Positions 1 through 8,214 of a DNA stretch of 33,452 nt are shown one piece after another. Every line of letters starts with the position of its first letter. The first letter of the stretch is position 1. A program made the translations under genes and the position numbers. The notes under the pieces were generated by a model. It did not search any database. It was not told the origin of the DNA and was given only the letters and a program-made list of their open reading frames with translations. This DNA is from Oscillospiraceae bacterium (GTDB lineage Bacteria > Bacillota > Clostridia > Oscillospirales > CAG-272): the NCBI GenBank assembly GCA_015065205.1, contig SVQS01000003.1, positions 1 to 33,452 on the forward strand, in the 5' to 3' direction.

Positions 1-935
1 CCTTCCGCTCCCCGGCGGTAGCTCTTATGCCTGATGTTACTGTAAAGCCGCTCCGTTCCAAGGCGAATGCCATTATCAACCTCACCGGCACGGCAGGAGC
101 CATGCTTGTTCTTGCACTTGGAATCGTGTTTGCAACCTCCCAAAATCATTATATGCAATACACGGGCTACGTTGTGGCCGTTGTTGCCATTATGCTCGCG
201 GGACTTATCGTCTTCCTTCTTACGGTTAAGGAGAAAAAATGGGCGCGTGAGATGGAAGAAGAATCGTTCCGTCTCGGTCTTGAAGATGCTCCCGACGAGG
301 ATGCCGACAAGGAAAAGCGCAAGCTCTCAAAGGGAGAGATGACCTCTTTGCTTCTCATTTTGGCATCGGTTACTCTTTGGTACATCGGCTACAACTCCAT
401 CACCAGCAAATATTCGGTATATGCCACCAATATTCTGGGCTTTGACTTCAACCTCACCCTCATTATCGCGCAGGCGGCAGCGATTGTTTCCTACATCCCT
501 GTGGGAATTATCGCCTCGAAAATTGGCAGAAAAAAAACCATTCTTGCAGGCATTATCATTCTTGCGTCTGCGTTCTTTATTGGCAACTTTATCACTCCCA
601 ATACTCCCGAGATGATTATGTACCCCGTGTTTGTTCTTGCGGGCATCGGTTGGGCAACCATTAACGTTAACTCCTTCCCAATGGTCGTTGAGCTCGCAAG
701 AGGCGGTGACATTGGTAAGTATACGGGTTACTATTACACCGCTTCGATGTCGGCACAGATCATCGCGCCTATCCTTTCGGGTGTGCTTTATGACCTTATC
801 GGCATGCGCTACGTTTTCTTTGCGTTTGGTACGGTATTTGTTCTGTTCTCCTTTGTTACGATGTTCTTTGTAAAGCACGGAGACGCCAAGGTAATTGAGA
901 AGAAAGATCTGCTTGAGCAGCTCGATGTTGACTGA
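1..935 (+). CDS. MFS transporter (SLC45/maltose-type), 5'-truncated by window edge
   Basis: Frame is open from position 3 (FRSPAVALMPDVT...). Multiple hydrophobic helices, MFS loop motif 'GIIASKIGRKK', and 'GKYTGYYYTASMSAQIIAP'. Confidence 0.85.
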   Translation, partial: FRSPAVALMPDVTVKPLRSKANAIINLTGTAGAMLVLALGIVFATSQNHYMQYTGYVVAVVAIMLAGLIVFLLTVKEKKWAREMEEESFRLGLEDAPDEDADKEKRKLSKGEMTSLLLILASVTLWYIGYNSITSKYSVYATNILGFDFNLTLIIAQAAAIVSYIPVGIIASKIGRKKTILAGIIILASAFFIGNFITPNTPEMIMYPVFVLAGIGWATINVNSFPMVVELARGGDIGKYTGYYYTASMSAQIIAPILSGVLYDLIGMRYVFFAFGTVFVLFSFVTMFFVKHGDAKVIEKKDLLEQLDVD

Positions 936-940
936 TAGCC

Positions 941-1750
941 ATGGTATTGATAGGAATTATTGTATCACTTTTGGTGATACTGATAGCAATTTATCTTTTG
1001 GTGCTTGTTCGTCCCACCAAGAAAACAAAGCCGAATAAGGCTCTGCTTTGCGACTATGCGCACAGAGGGCTTCATAACGGCAAGGATGCGCCCGAAAATT
1101 CGCTCGCGGCTTTTGAGGCAGCCTGCCGTGCAGGATACGGCATTGAGCTTGACGTTCAACTCTCGCGCGATGGAACGGTAATGGTCTTTCACGACTACAC
1201 GCTCATCCGCATGACAGGATGCGACAAAAAGCTCTCGGAGCTTGATGCAAACGAGCTGACGGCTCTTACGCTCGGAGAATCGGATCAAAAGATTCCCACC
1301 TTTGAGGAAGTGCTGTCTCTTGTTGATGGCAGAGTTCCTCTCTTGGTTGAACTCAAGGGAGAGAATTTTGATACCTCGCTTTGCGCCAAGGTTGCGGATA
1401 TGCTTCGCAATTACCGTGGGCTTTACTGCATTGAATCCTTCAATCCTTTGTTGATAGGGAACATGAAAAAGCAGATGCCAGAGATCTTTTGCGGCCTGCT
1501 CTACACCAACGTCTGCAGAGATAAGAAAAAGAACTCGATACTCAATATCGCGCTCACGGCAATGGCACTCAATGTTGTGGCAAAGCCGGACTTTATTGCG
1601 TTTAACAAAGTGGATAGAGATTCTTTGCCTGTCAAGATCACTACACAGCTCTTTGGTGCGCCAAAGTTCGTTTGGACTGTCAATACACCCGAGGAGCTCG
1701 ACACTGCGCACAAGAATGGCGAATTGCCCATATTTGAGAATATATTTTAA
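941..1750 (+). CDS. Glycerophosphodiester phosphodiesterase family protein with N-terminal membrane anchor
   Basis: GDPD motifs 'YAHRG', 'PENSLAAF', 'GIELDVQLSRDG..MVFHD', 'IPTFEEVL', 'LLVELK'. Confidence 0.92.
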   Translation: MVLIGIIVSLLVILIAIYLLVLVRPTKKTKPNKALLCDYAHRGLHNGKDAPENSLAAFEAACRAGYGIELDVQLSRDGTVMVFHDYTLIRMTGCDKKLSELDANELTALTLGESDQKIPTFEEVLSLVDGRVPLLVELKGENFDTSLCAKVADMLRNYRGLYCIESFNPLLIGNMKKQMPEIFCGLLYTNVCRDKKKNSILNIALTAMALNVVAKPDFIAFNKVDRDSLPVKITTQLFGAPKFVWTVNTPEELDTAHKNGELPIFENIF

Positions 1751-1767
1751 GTGAATTTGAATCTATA

Positions 1768-1810
1768 AACACAAACCGCACCGTCAACTGTTGACGGTGC
1801 GGTTTGTGTT
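1768..1810. terminator. Perfect 21+1+21 palindrome, probable bidirectional terminator between convergent genes
   Basis: aacacaaaccgcaccgtcaac-t-gttgacggtgcggtttgtgtt, 18 bp after the GDPD stop. Confidence 0.7.
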
Positions 1811-1890
1811 GCAAAAGGGATATTTACATTTGTAGGGTGAGGCTTGCTTGGAACTCCCATACGCTTGTGTCTCAAACGATTATAAATCAA

Positions 1891-2016
1891 CAAACTCACT
1901 GTATGTCATCCTGAGCGGAAAACCGCAAAGCGGTTTGCGAAATCGAAGTTTTTCCGAGCGAGGAGCGAGGTAAAACCGAGGAGCGAATGCGACGAGGGGA
2001 TCTCTTAACGAGTTTG
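1891..2016. repeat. REP-like intergenic element (TGTCATCCTGAGCG...GGATCT type)
   Basis: tgtcatcctgagcgg at 1904, gggatctc at about 2003, internal hairpin aaaccgc-aaa-gcggttt, repeated gaggagcga, flanking inverted pair caaactc (1891) / gagtttg (2010). Confidence 0.5.
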
Positions 2017-2022
2017 GGTGGC

Positions 2023-2673
2023 TTATTTCAATTTTCCCAATTTTGCCGTATTTGCAAGAACGATTAGTGTAGTTTCTGCATCAAGCGTTTGTTCGGGATT
2101 GATGTTTACGTTGACCCTTTCACCCTTTTTCATAGCGACAATATTGAAGCCGTATTTTTTACGAAGATTTAATTCTATCAAGTTTTTACCGCACCACTCG
2201 TTCTTCACATCAATCTCGACCATAGATACATCTCTCGACAAAGCGATCATATCAATAAAGCCTGAGCTGAGTAGGTTCTTGGCAAGGCGTACGCCTGACT
2301 CCTTTTCCGGGAAAACCACCTGATCCGCGCCCACACGAAGCAATATTTTTTGATGCATTTCATTGGCGCACTTTGCAATAACGTTCTTAACGCCTGCCTC
2401 CTTGCAAAGCGTTACTGCCATAACGCTCGCCTCAAGATTGCTCGCTATACAAATAATGACGGTATCAACATTGCCGATACCAAGGCGCGAGATAACCTCC
2501 GCATCGGTTACATCTGCACACTTACACACAGGCAAATATGCGGCTGCATCGTTGACGATTCTTTGTTCGGTATCAACGGCAATAACCTCCATTCCGTTCT
2601 CTACAAGCTCTCTTGCCACGGCAGTGCCGTATCTTCCAAGTCCAAAAACTGCATATGTTTTCTTTGCTTTCAT
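2023..2673 (-). CDS. ktrA: TrkA/KtrA-family potassium uptake regulatory subunit (RCK domains)
   Basis: Rossmann motif 'FGLGRYG', 'ILLRVGADQVVFPEKESG', C-terminal TrkA_C 'LIELNLRKKYGFNIVA'. Lies directly downstream of the KtrB gene. Confidence 0.92.
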   Translation of the reverse strand: MKAKKTYAVFGLGRYGTAVARELVENGMEVIAVDTEQRIVNDAAAYLPVCKCADVTDAEVISRLGIGNVDTVIICIASNLEASVMAVTLCKEAGVKNVIAKCANEMHQKILLRVGADQVVFPEKESGVRLAKNLLSSGFIDMIALSRDVSMVEIDVKNEWCGKNLIELNLRKKYGFNIVAMKKGERVNVNINPEQTLDAETTLIVLANTAKLGKLK

Positions 2674-2685
2674 TGCTTTTCTCCT

Positions 2686-4047
2686 TTATCCTATACTGAT
2701 ATCTTCCGTCGGCTCGGAAATGACGTTTTGGCTCTCGTTTTTACTGCCAAGTGCCACCGCAAGTGAGATCGGACCGACTCTGCCGAAATACATCGTTACT
2801 ATGATAATTAGCTTGCCGAATGTGTTAAGCGTTGCCGTCAGATTTCTCGAAAGACCGACGGTTGCTGTTGCGCTGACCGTTTCATAGACTGCGTCAATGG
2901 CAGATGCGTTACTCGTTGCCATCAAAAGCAGGGTGGCGGCGGCGCAAATCGTAAGAAATGTTACGACCACGGCAACTGCTTTTTTCACCGATCCCTCGGA
3001 AATACGACGACCGAACATGGTTGGGTTATTTTTATTGCGAATTGTAGCAAACGCTGAGCAAACGAGGACGGCGATGGTTACGGTTTTCATGCCGCCTGCC
3101 GTTCCCACGGGTGAACCACCGATCAACATCAAAATAATAGATGTGGCAGCAGAGGCGTTTGTCAAATTTTCTTGTGGAATGGTAGCAAAGCCTGCCGTTC
3201 TTGTGGTGACAGATTGGAAGAAGGATACTTGAATCTTATCGAATAAGGACATCTTTCCAATGGTCAATGGGTTAGCATATTCAAAAATAAATATGAGAAT
3301 TGCGCCGATAAGAATGAGTCCTGCGGTAACTGTAATTGCTATTTTGCTATGCAAGGTAAGGTACCTGAATATCTTTCTATTCTTTTGTGAACGGCTCTTA
3401 ACGACACGAAGCACATCCCACCATACGATATAGCCGAGACCGCCGAGAATAATGAGTGCGGAGGTGACGGTGTTGATCAAGGGGTTGGTGGCGTAATTAC
3501 AAAGGCTGTTCTCTGCAATAATGTCAATACCTGCGTTGCAAAAAGCAGAAACAGAATTGAATACTGATATCCAGATGCCTTTTGCGCCAAACTCGGGGAT
3601 GAACACGAGCATATACAGAACTGCGCCTATTCCTTCGATGATCAGTGTGCCGAACAGTACGTTTTTGACAAACTTGGCAAGCCCTGACATAGTATTAAGA
3701 TTCAACGCATCCTGAATGAGCAAACGGTCACCAATGCCCATTTTTCTATTCAACAGAAGCATCAGCCCCGACATAATGGTGATGATCCCAAGCCCACCGA
3801 TCTGTATTAGAAGCAATATGACGATTTGCCCGAACACGCTCCAAGTCGACACCGTTGGAAGTGTAACAAGCCCTGTCACGCAGGTAGAGGTGGTTGCTGT
3901 GAAGAGGGCATCAAGATAGGGAACAGCTTCACTGCTTGCGGAACTGATCGGTAATGCCAAAAGTGCGCTTCCCACGAGAATGGTCACAAGGAAGCTGAGC
4001 AATATGATTTGCGTAGTTGAGAGTGTAATTTTCTTCTTTCTAATCAT
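2686..4047 (-). CDS. ktrB: TrkH/KtrB-family potassium uptake membrane subunit
   Basis: Pore-loop motifs 'ALFTATTSTCVTGL', 'SVSAFCNAG', 'SVTTRTAGF', 'VSATATVGLS', plus 'GGSPVGTAGGMK'. Confidence 0.93.
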   Translation of the reverse strand: MIRKKKITLSTTQIILLSFLVTILVGSALLALPISSASSEAVPYLDALFTATTSTCVTGLVTLPTVSTWSVFGQIVILLLIQIGGLGIITIMSGLMLLLNRKMGIGDRLLIQDALNLNTMSGLAKFVKNVLFGTLIIEGIGAVLYMLVFIPEFGAKGIWISVFNSVSAFCNAGIDIIAENSLCNYATNPLINTVTSALIILGGLGYIVWWDVLRVVKSRSQKNRKIFRYLTLHSKIAITVTAGLILIGAILIFIFEYANPLTIGKMSLFDKIQVSFFQSVTTRTAGFATIPQENLTNASAATSIILMLIGGSPVGTAGGMKTVTIAVLVCSAFATIRNKNNPTMFGRRISEGSVKKAVAVVVTFLTICAAATLLLMATSNASAIDAVYETVSATATVGLSRNLTATLNTFGKLIIIVTMYFGRVGPISLAVALGSKNESQNVISEPTEDISIG

Positions 4048-4126
4048 AAGGATTTTCCTCTAAAAGCATAAGGAACCAACGTCCTCTACAGTCAGCTGGT
4101 TCCTTTTATAATTATTTGTTTTTATT

Positions 4127-4155
4127 ATTATATCACATTTCGTTGTTTATGTCAA
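4127..4155 (-). promoter_or_regulatory. sigmaA promoter of ktrBA
   Basis: Minus strand TTGACA-17 bp-TATAAT with extended TG. Confidence 0.85.
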
Positions 4156-4228
4156 TACATTTTCGCGCTGTACAGTATCATACAAATTATTATGGTCGAT
4201 TTATTATATGATAAAACTCTCAAAATGT

Positions 4229-4266
4229 AAAAAAAGACGGCTTGAATTTTCACTCAAACCGTCTTA
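4229..4266 (-). terminator. Rho-independent terminator of gdhA
   Basis: Minus strand aagacggtttga-gtgaaaat-tcaagccgtctt followed by a T run. Confidence 0.75.
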
Positions 4267-4332
4267 TTTGCCAGAATCTACTTATAATATTTGAATATTA
4301 CAGGGTTTCTTGTCACACAAACCGAATATTCC

Positions 4333-5685
4333 TTAAACAACACCGTAAGCGAGCATTGCGTCCGCAACCTTCAAAAATCCTGCAATGTTAGCACCTGCTA
4401 CCAGGTTGCCTTCCATGCCGTACTTCTTTGCGGCTGCAACAGAGCTGTCGTAAATGTTCTTCATAATGTCTTTCAGCTTTGCGTCAACTTCTGCTGCAGA
4501 CCAGCTGTAACGCATCGAGTTTTGAGACATTTCAAGGCCGGATACGGCAACGCCGCCGGCATTTACTGCCTTAGAAGGAGCAACAACTACGCCGTTTGCT
4601 TGCAGATATGCAACTGCCTCGTTGGTGGTAGGCATATTGGAAACCTCAACGTAGTACTTCAGGCCGTTTGCGACCATCTTCTTGGCATCGTCGATGTTGA
4701 CCTCGTTCTGCGTAGCGCAGGGCATAATAACGTCAACCTTTTCGCCCCAAGGCTTTTGACCTGCGAAGAAGGGAACACCAAACTTATCTGCATAATCCTC
4801 TACGCGGTTGCGGCAGGATGCGCGCATTTCAAGCAGGAAGTCGACCTTCTCTTGGGTGGAAATGCCGTCTTTATCGTAAACGTAACCGTCGGGGCCGGAG
4901 ATGGTAACGACCTTACCGCCAAGCTCGTTGACCTTGATAACGGTACCCCAAGCAACGTTACCGAAGCCGGAGATCGCAAAGGTCTTGCCCTTGATCTCTT
5001 CGCCGTAGGTCTTGAGCATTTCTGCGGTGTAGTAAACTGCGCCAAAGCCGGTAGCTTCGGGACGGATGAGCGAGCCGCCATAGGAGCGTCCCTTGCCGGT
5101 CAGAACGCCGGTGAACTCATCGCGCAGTCTCTTGTATTGACCAAAGAGGTAGCCGATCTCGCGTGCGCCAACGCCGATGTCGCCTGCGGGAACGTCGGTA
5201 TCGGGACCGATGTACTTTTGCAGCTCTGTCATAAAGCTCTGACAGAAGCGCATAACCTCTCCGTCAGATTTGCCCTTGGGGTCAAAGTCGGAGCCGCCCT
5301 TACCGCCGCCCATAGGCAGACCTGTCAGGGAGTTCTTAAAGGTTTGCTCAAAGCCGAGGAACTTGATAATGCTTTCGTTTACAGAGGGGTGGAAGCGGAG
5401 TCCTCCCTTGTAAGGACCGATAGCGCTGTTGAATTGAACGCGGAAGCCGCGGTTGACTTGAACCTTGCCGTTGTCGTCTACCCACGGAACGCGGAACTTG
5501 ATAATTCTTTCGGGCTCAACCATCATATCAATGATGCCGCGCTCGATGTAAATAGGGCTTTGCTCCACAACGGGCTCGAGGGATTCGAGAACCTCGCTAA
5601 CGGTTTGGTGGAACTCGCTCTCGCCGGGGTTACGGGCGATAACGTCAGCCAATACCTTCTTTAAATATTCGTTTTGAATGCTCAT
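4333..5685 (-). CDS. gdhA: NADP-specific glutamate dehydrogenase
   Basis: 'GPYKGGLRFHPSVN', 'GGGKGGSDFDPKGKS', 'DVPAGDIGVG', 'GFGNVA'. ATG at 5685 chosen from RBS AGGAGG at about 5695-5700. Confidence 0.97.
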   Translation of the reverse strand: MSIQNEYLKKVLADVIARNPGESEFHQTVSEVLESLEPVVEQSPIYIERGIIDMMVEPERIIKFRVPWVDDNGKVQVNRGFRVQFNSAIGPYKGGLRFHPSVNESIIKFLGFEQTFKNSLTGLPMGGGKGGSDFDPKGKSDGEVMRFCQSFMTELQKYIGPDTDVPAGDIGVGAREIGYLFGQYKRLRDEFTGVLTGKGRSYGGSLIRPEATGFGAVYYTAEMLKTYGEEIKGKTFAISGFGNVAWGTVIKVNELGGKVVTISGPDGYVYDKDGISTQEKVDFLLEMRASCRNRVEDYADKFGVPFFAGQKPWGEKVDVIMPCATQNEVNIDDAKKMVANGLKYYVEVSNMPTTNEAVAYLQANGVVVAPSKAVNAGGVAVSGLEMSQNSMRYSWSAAEVDAKLKDIMKNIYDSSVAAAKKYGMEGNLVAGANIAGFLKVADAMLAYGVV

Positions 5686-5794
5686 AATACAATTCCTCCT
5701 TGTTGGATGCTTTTTGCAAGTTTTGTGCTGCAAAAATGCAATTTAAAATGCAAATAAGTGCATAATTTTGCAAAAAGCACGCCACTATGCCAAT

Positions 5795-5823
5795 ATTATA
5801 ATACAGAATATGCAACTTGTCAA
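5795..5823 (-). promoter_or_regulatory. sigmaA promoter of gdhA
   Basis: Minus strand TTGACA-17 bp-TATAAT, perfect consensus. Confidence 0.85.
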
Positions 5824-5883
5824 CCGCTTTTTTGCAAAAAAATCATAGTTGGAAAAATTTTTTATGAGTAAATGTGCCTGATT

Positions 5884-6765
5884 TTATACGTCGAACAGCT
5901 CGCATAGGCGTCTGGCGGTCTCGGGAGCGGGAGGACAGAGCGGGAGTCGGTATTCGGGGTGGCAAAGTCCCATTTTTGATGCTACGTGCTTAACGGGGAT
6001 GGGGTTGGTCTCCCAAAACAGTGCTTGCATCTTGCCAAGTACTTGCTTTTGGCGCTGATAAGCGAGCTTCCAATCTCCCGTGGCACAATGACGACAGATC
6101 TCTGTCATCTTTCGAGGGGCTATGTTGGAATAGACCGATATCACTCCCGAGGCACCCAAGCGTATGGCCGAGACCGTGTGATGGTCGTTGCCTGTGTAAA
6201 CATCGAGCTTTGTACCCAATTCGCCGCACAGAGAGGCAAGGAGCGAGAGGTCGGGTGAAGCTTCTTTCACCGCCACAATGTTCGGGTGCTCGGCAAGCTC
6301 GCGATAATGCGAGAGTGTCATCGAAAAGCCCGTTCTCGCGGGAACGTTGTAAAGAATCAGCGGTTTTTCGGTTGCATCCGTCAAAGCGTGATAGTGTGCT
6401 ACGATACCGCGATCGTTGGTGCGATTATAGTAGGGCGTGACTGCCAAGAGTGCATCTGCGCCGCTCTCTGCCACAGCCACCGCCAATTCGCAAGCGTGCG
6501 AGGTGGAATTGGAACCGCATCCCGCCAGGAGTGGAAGCCTGCCTCTGATTTGCCGCGCGGCGAAGGAGACAAGCTCAGCGTGCTCGTCGAGGGAAAGTGT
6601 AGGACTTTCTCCGGTTGTTCCCGCCAGCAGAATCGCCCCAACACCGGCATCAATTTGCGCCTCTATTAGATTTTGCAACGCCTCGTAATCAATTTCGCCC
6701 TTATAAAAGGGGGTAATTAAAGCCGTTGCGACTCCCTTGAATATGGTTTGTTTTTCAATGCTCAT
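5884..6765 (-). CDS. dapA: 4-hydroxy-tetrahydrodipicolinate synthase
   Basis: 'ALITPF', 'GTTGESPTL', 'VTPYYN', 'LYNVPART', catalytic Lys in 'IVAVKEAS', 'ETNPIPVK'. Confidence 0.93.
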   Translation of the reverse strand: MSIEKQTIFKGVATALITPFYKGEIDYEALQNLIEAQIDAGVGAILLAGTTGESPTLSLDEHAELVSFAARQIRGRLPLLAGCGSNSTSHACELAVAVAESGADALLAVTPYYNRTNDRGIVAHYHALTDATEKPLILYNVPARTGFSMTLSHYRELAEHPNIVAVKEASPDLSLLASLCGELGTKLDVYTGNDHHTVSAIRLGASGVISVYSNIAPRKMTEICRHCATGDWKLAYQRQKQVLGKMQALFWETNPIPVKHVASKMGLCHPEYRLPLCPPAPETARRLCELFDV

Positions 6766-6800
6766 AAAGGAGAACTCCTTTCAATTTCATTGCCATAGGT

Positions 6801-6973
6801 AAACAACTCTCTGAGCGGATAGGGTCTTGGCGGTGCCTTGCCGCTAGCGAGAGCAAAAGCGAGCGGTACGCTCGTGTCGACCGTCCGTTGCAAGACTGAC
6901 GAATCTATTTTGGTGATTTTGTTAGGAAGTTTTTGAAGGGGTGTGGGGGAACTTTTTCCAAAAAGTTCCCCCA
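6801..6973. repeat. Structured dispersed repeat, copy A
   Basis: Aligns over its length with 21933-22113. Terminal hairpin tgggggaacttttt-cc-aaaaagttccccca. Confidence 0.8.
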
Positions 6974-6989
6974 TAAAACCCAAAAACAG

Positions 6990-7018
6990 TTGCAAAACTT
7001 TTCATTTTGATGTATAAT
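6990..7018 (+). promoter_or_regulatory. sigmaA promoter of queA
   Basis: TTGCAA-17 bp-TATAAT. Confidence 0.7.
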
Positions 7019-7105
7019 AGTATCAATATGCGACCGCGGATACTTACAGTATATGAAACGTGTGTCAATTTGCGAATTTACAAAAGAAGGATTTTTTGAG
7101 ATTTT

Positions 7106-8185
7106 ATGAGTGAAACTATCAAAAACGCGTTGCCCGAAACCGACCTGCGCACGGCGGATTTTTACTATGATTTACCACAGGAGCTCATTGCGCAGCACCC
7201 GATGGAACAGCGCGATACCTCGCGTCTGATGGTGCTTGACAGAGCCGAGGAGAGCATCACGCACCGTCATTTTTATGATATTCTGGACTATCTGCACGAG
7301 GGTGACGTGTTGGTCATCAACGATTCCAAGGTCATCCCTGCGCGTGTGTATGGTCACGTCGAGGGTAGGGAAGAGGCACTGATCGAGTTGCTTCTTCTCC
7401 GCCAACACGAACTCGATACTTGGGAGTGCTTGGTCAAGCCCGGCAAGCGCGCACGCATTGGCATGAAGCTCGTATTTGGCGAGGGGATGCTTTTGGGTGA
7501 GGTCAAGGATATTGTAGAAGAAGGCAACCGTCTCATTCATTTTACCTATGACAAAGAAAAATATGCCAACATCTATGATGTATTGAGTGTTGTTGGATTG
7601 ATGCCCCTGCCGCCCTACATCACCGAAAGATTGACGGACAATAGCCGCTATCAAACGGTCTACGCGCGCGAGGAAGGCTCGGCTGCGGCTCCCACTGCGG
7701 GACTGCACTTTACTCCCGAATTGCTCGCACGTATTCGCGAAAAAGGCGTGGCAATCGCGCCCGTAATGCTGCACGTGGGCCTGGGAACCTTCCGTCCTGT
7801 TAAGGAAGAAAACATCACCGACCACGTGATGCACACCGAATTTTTCTCGGTTCCCGAAGAAGGTGCACGCATTATAAACGAATGCAAAGCCGCAGGCGGA
7901 CGCATCATTTGCGTGGGAACGACATCCTGCCGCACTATCGAAAGTGTTGCGCGCGAGGACGGAACCATTCCCGCGATGAGCGGTGACACCGGCATTTTTA
8001 TCTACCCGGGCTACAAATTCAAGGCAGTGGACGCACTCATCACCAATTTCCATCTGCCCGAGAGCACTCTTTTGATGCTCGTTTCCGCGTTTTATGACAA
8101 AGAAAAGGTGATGGAAGCGTATCACACCGCAGTTGAAGAAAAATACAGATTTTTCAGCTTTGGCGATGCGATGTTTATTCAGTGA
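7106..8185 (+). CDS. queA: tRNA preQ1(34) S-adenosylmethionine ribosyltransferase-isomerase
   Basis: 'DFYYDLPQELIAQ', 'MPLPPYI', 'YQTVYA..GSAAAPTAGLHF', 'LHVGLGTF', 'TNFHLPEST', 'RFFSFGDAM'. Confidence 0.97.
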   Translation: MSETIKNALPETDLRTADFYYDLPQELIAQHPMEQRDTSRLMVLDRAEESITHRHFYDILDYLHEGDVLVINDSKVIPARVYGHVEGREEALIELLLLRQHELDTWECLVKPGKRARIGMKLVFGEGMLLGEVKDIVEEGNRLIHFTYDKEKYANIYDVLSVVGLMPLPPYITERLTDNSRYQTVYAREEGSAAAPTAGLHFTPELLARIREKGVAIAPVMLHVGLGTFRPVKEENITDHVMHTEFFSVPEEGARIINECKAAGGRIICVGTTSCRTIESVAREDGTIPAMSGDTGIFIYPGYKFKAVDALITNFHLPESTLLMLVSAFYDKEKVMEAYHTAVEEKYRFFSFGDAMFIQ

Positions 8186-8214
8186 AAATTTATTTTGTGA
8201 AAAGGAGAAAGAGT

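Noticed and set aside
1768-1810. 43-bp perfect palindrome as a recombination site or MITE
   Set aside because: Single copy right after a stop codon between convergent genes, so a terminator is the simpler explanation.
4048-4125. c-di-AMP (ydaO) riboswitch before ktrB
   Set aside because: The leader is only ~70 nt and lacks the conserved ydaO motifs.
4291-5664. 457-aa ORF antisense to gdhA
   Set aside because: Shadow ORF from the codon bias of a highly expressed gene, with no RBS or motifs.
5776-5791. ANTAR-type hexaloop hairpin (GCAU-AGUGGC-GUGC) in the gdhA leader
   Set aside because: Only one such hairpin is present where two are expected, and the predicted +1 (about 5788) cuts into its stem.
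6766-6990. Lysine riboswitch upstream of dapA, or preQ1 riboswitch for queA
   Set aside because: Lysine and preQ1 consensus motifs are not recognisable. The structure is repeated at 21933 next to unrelated genes and lies upstream of the queA promoter.
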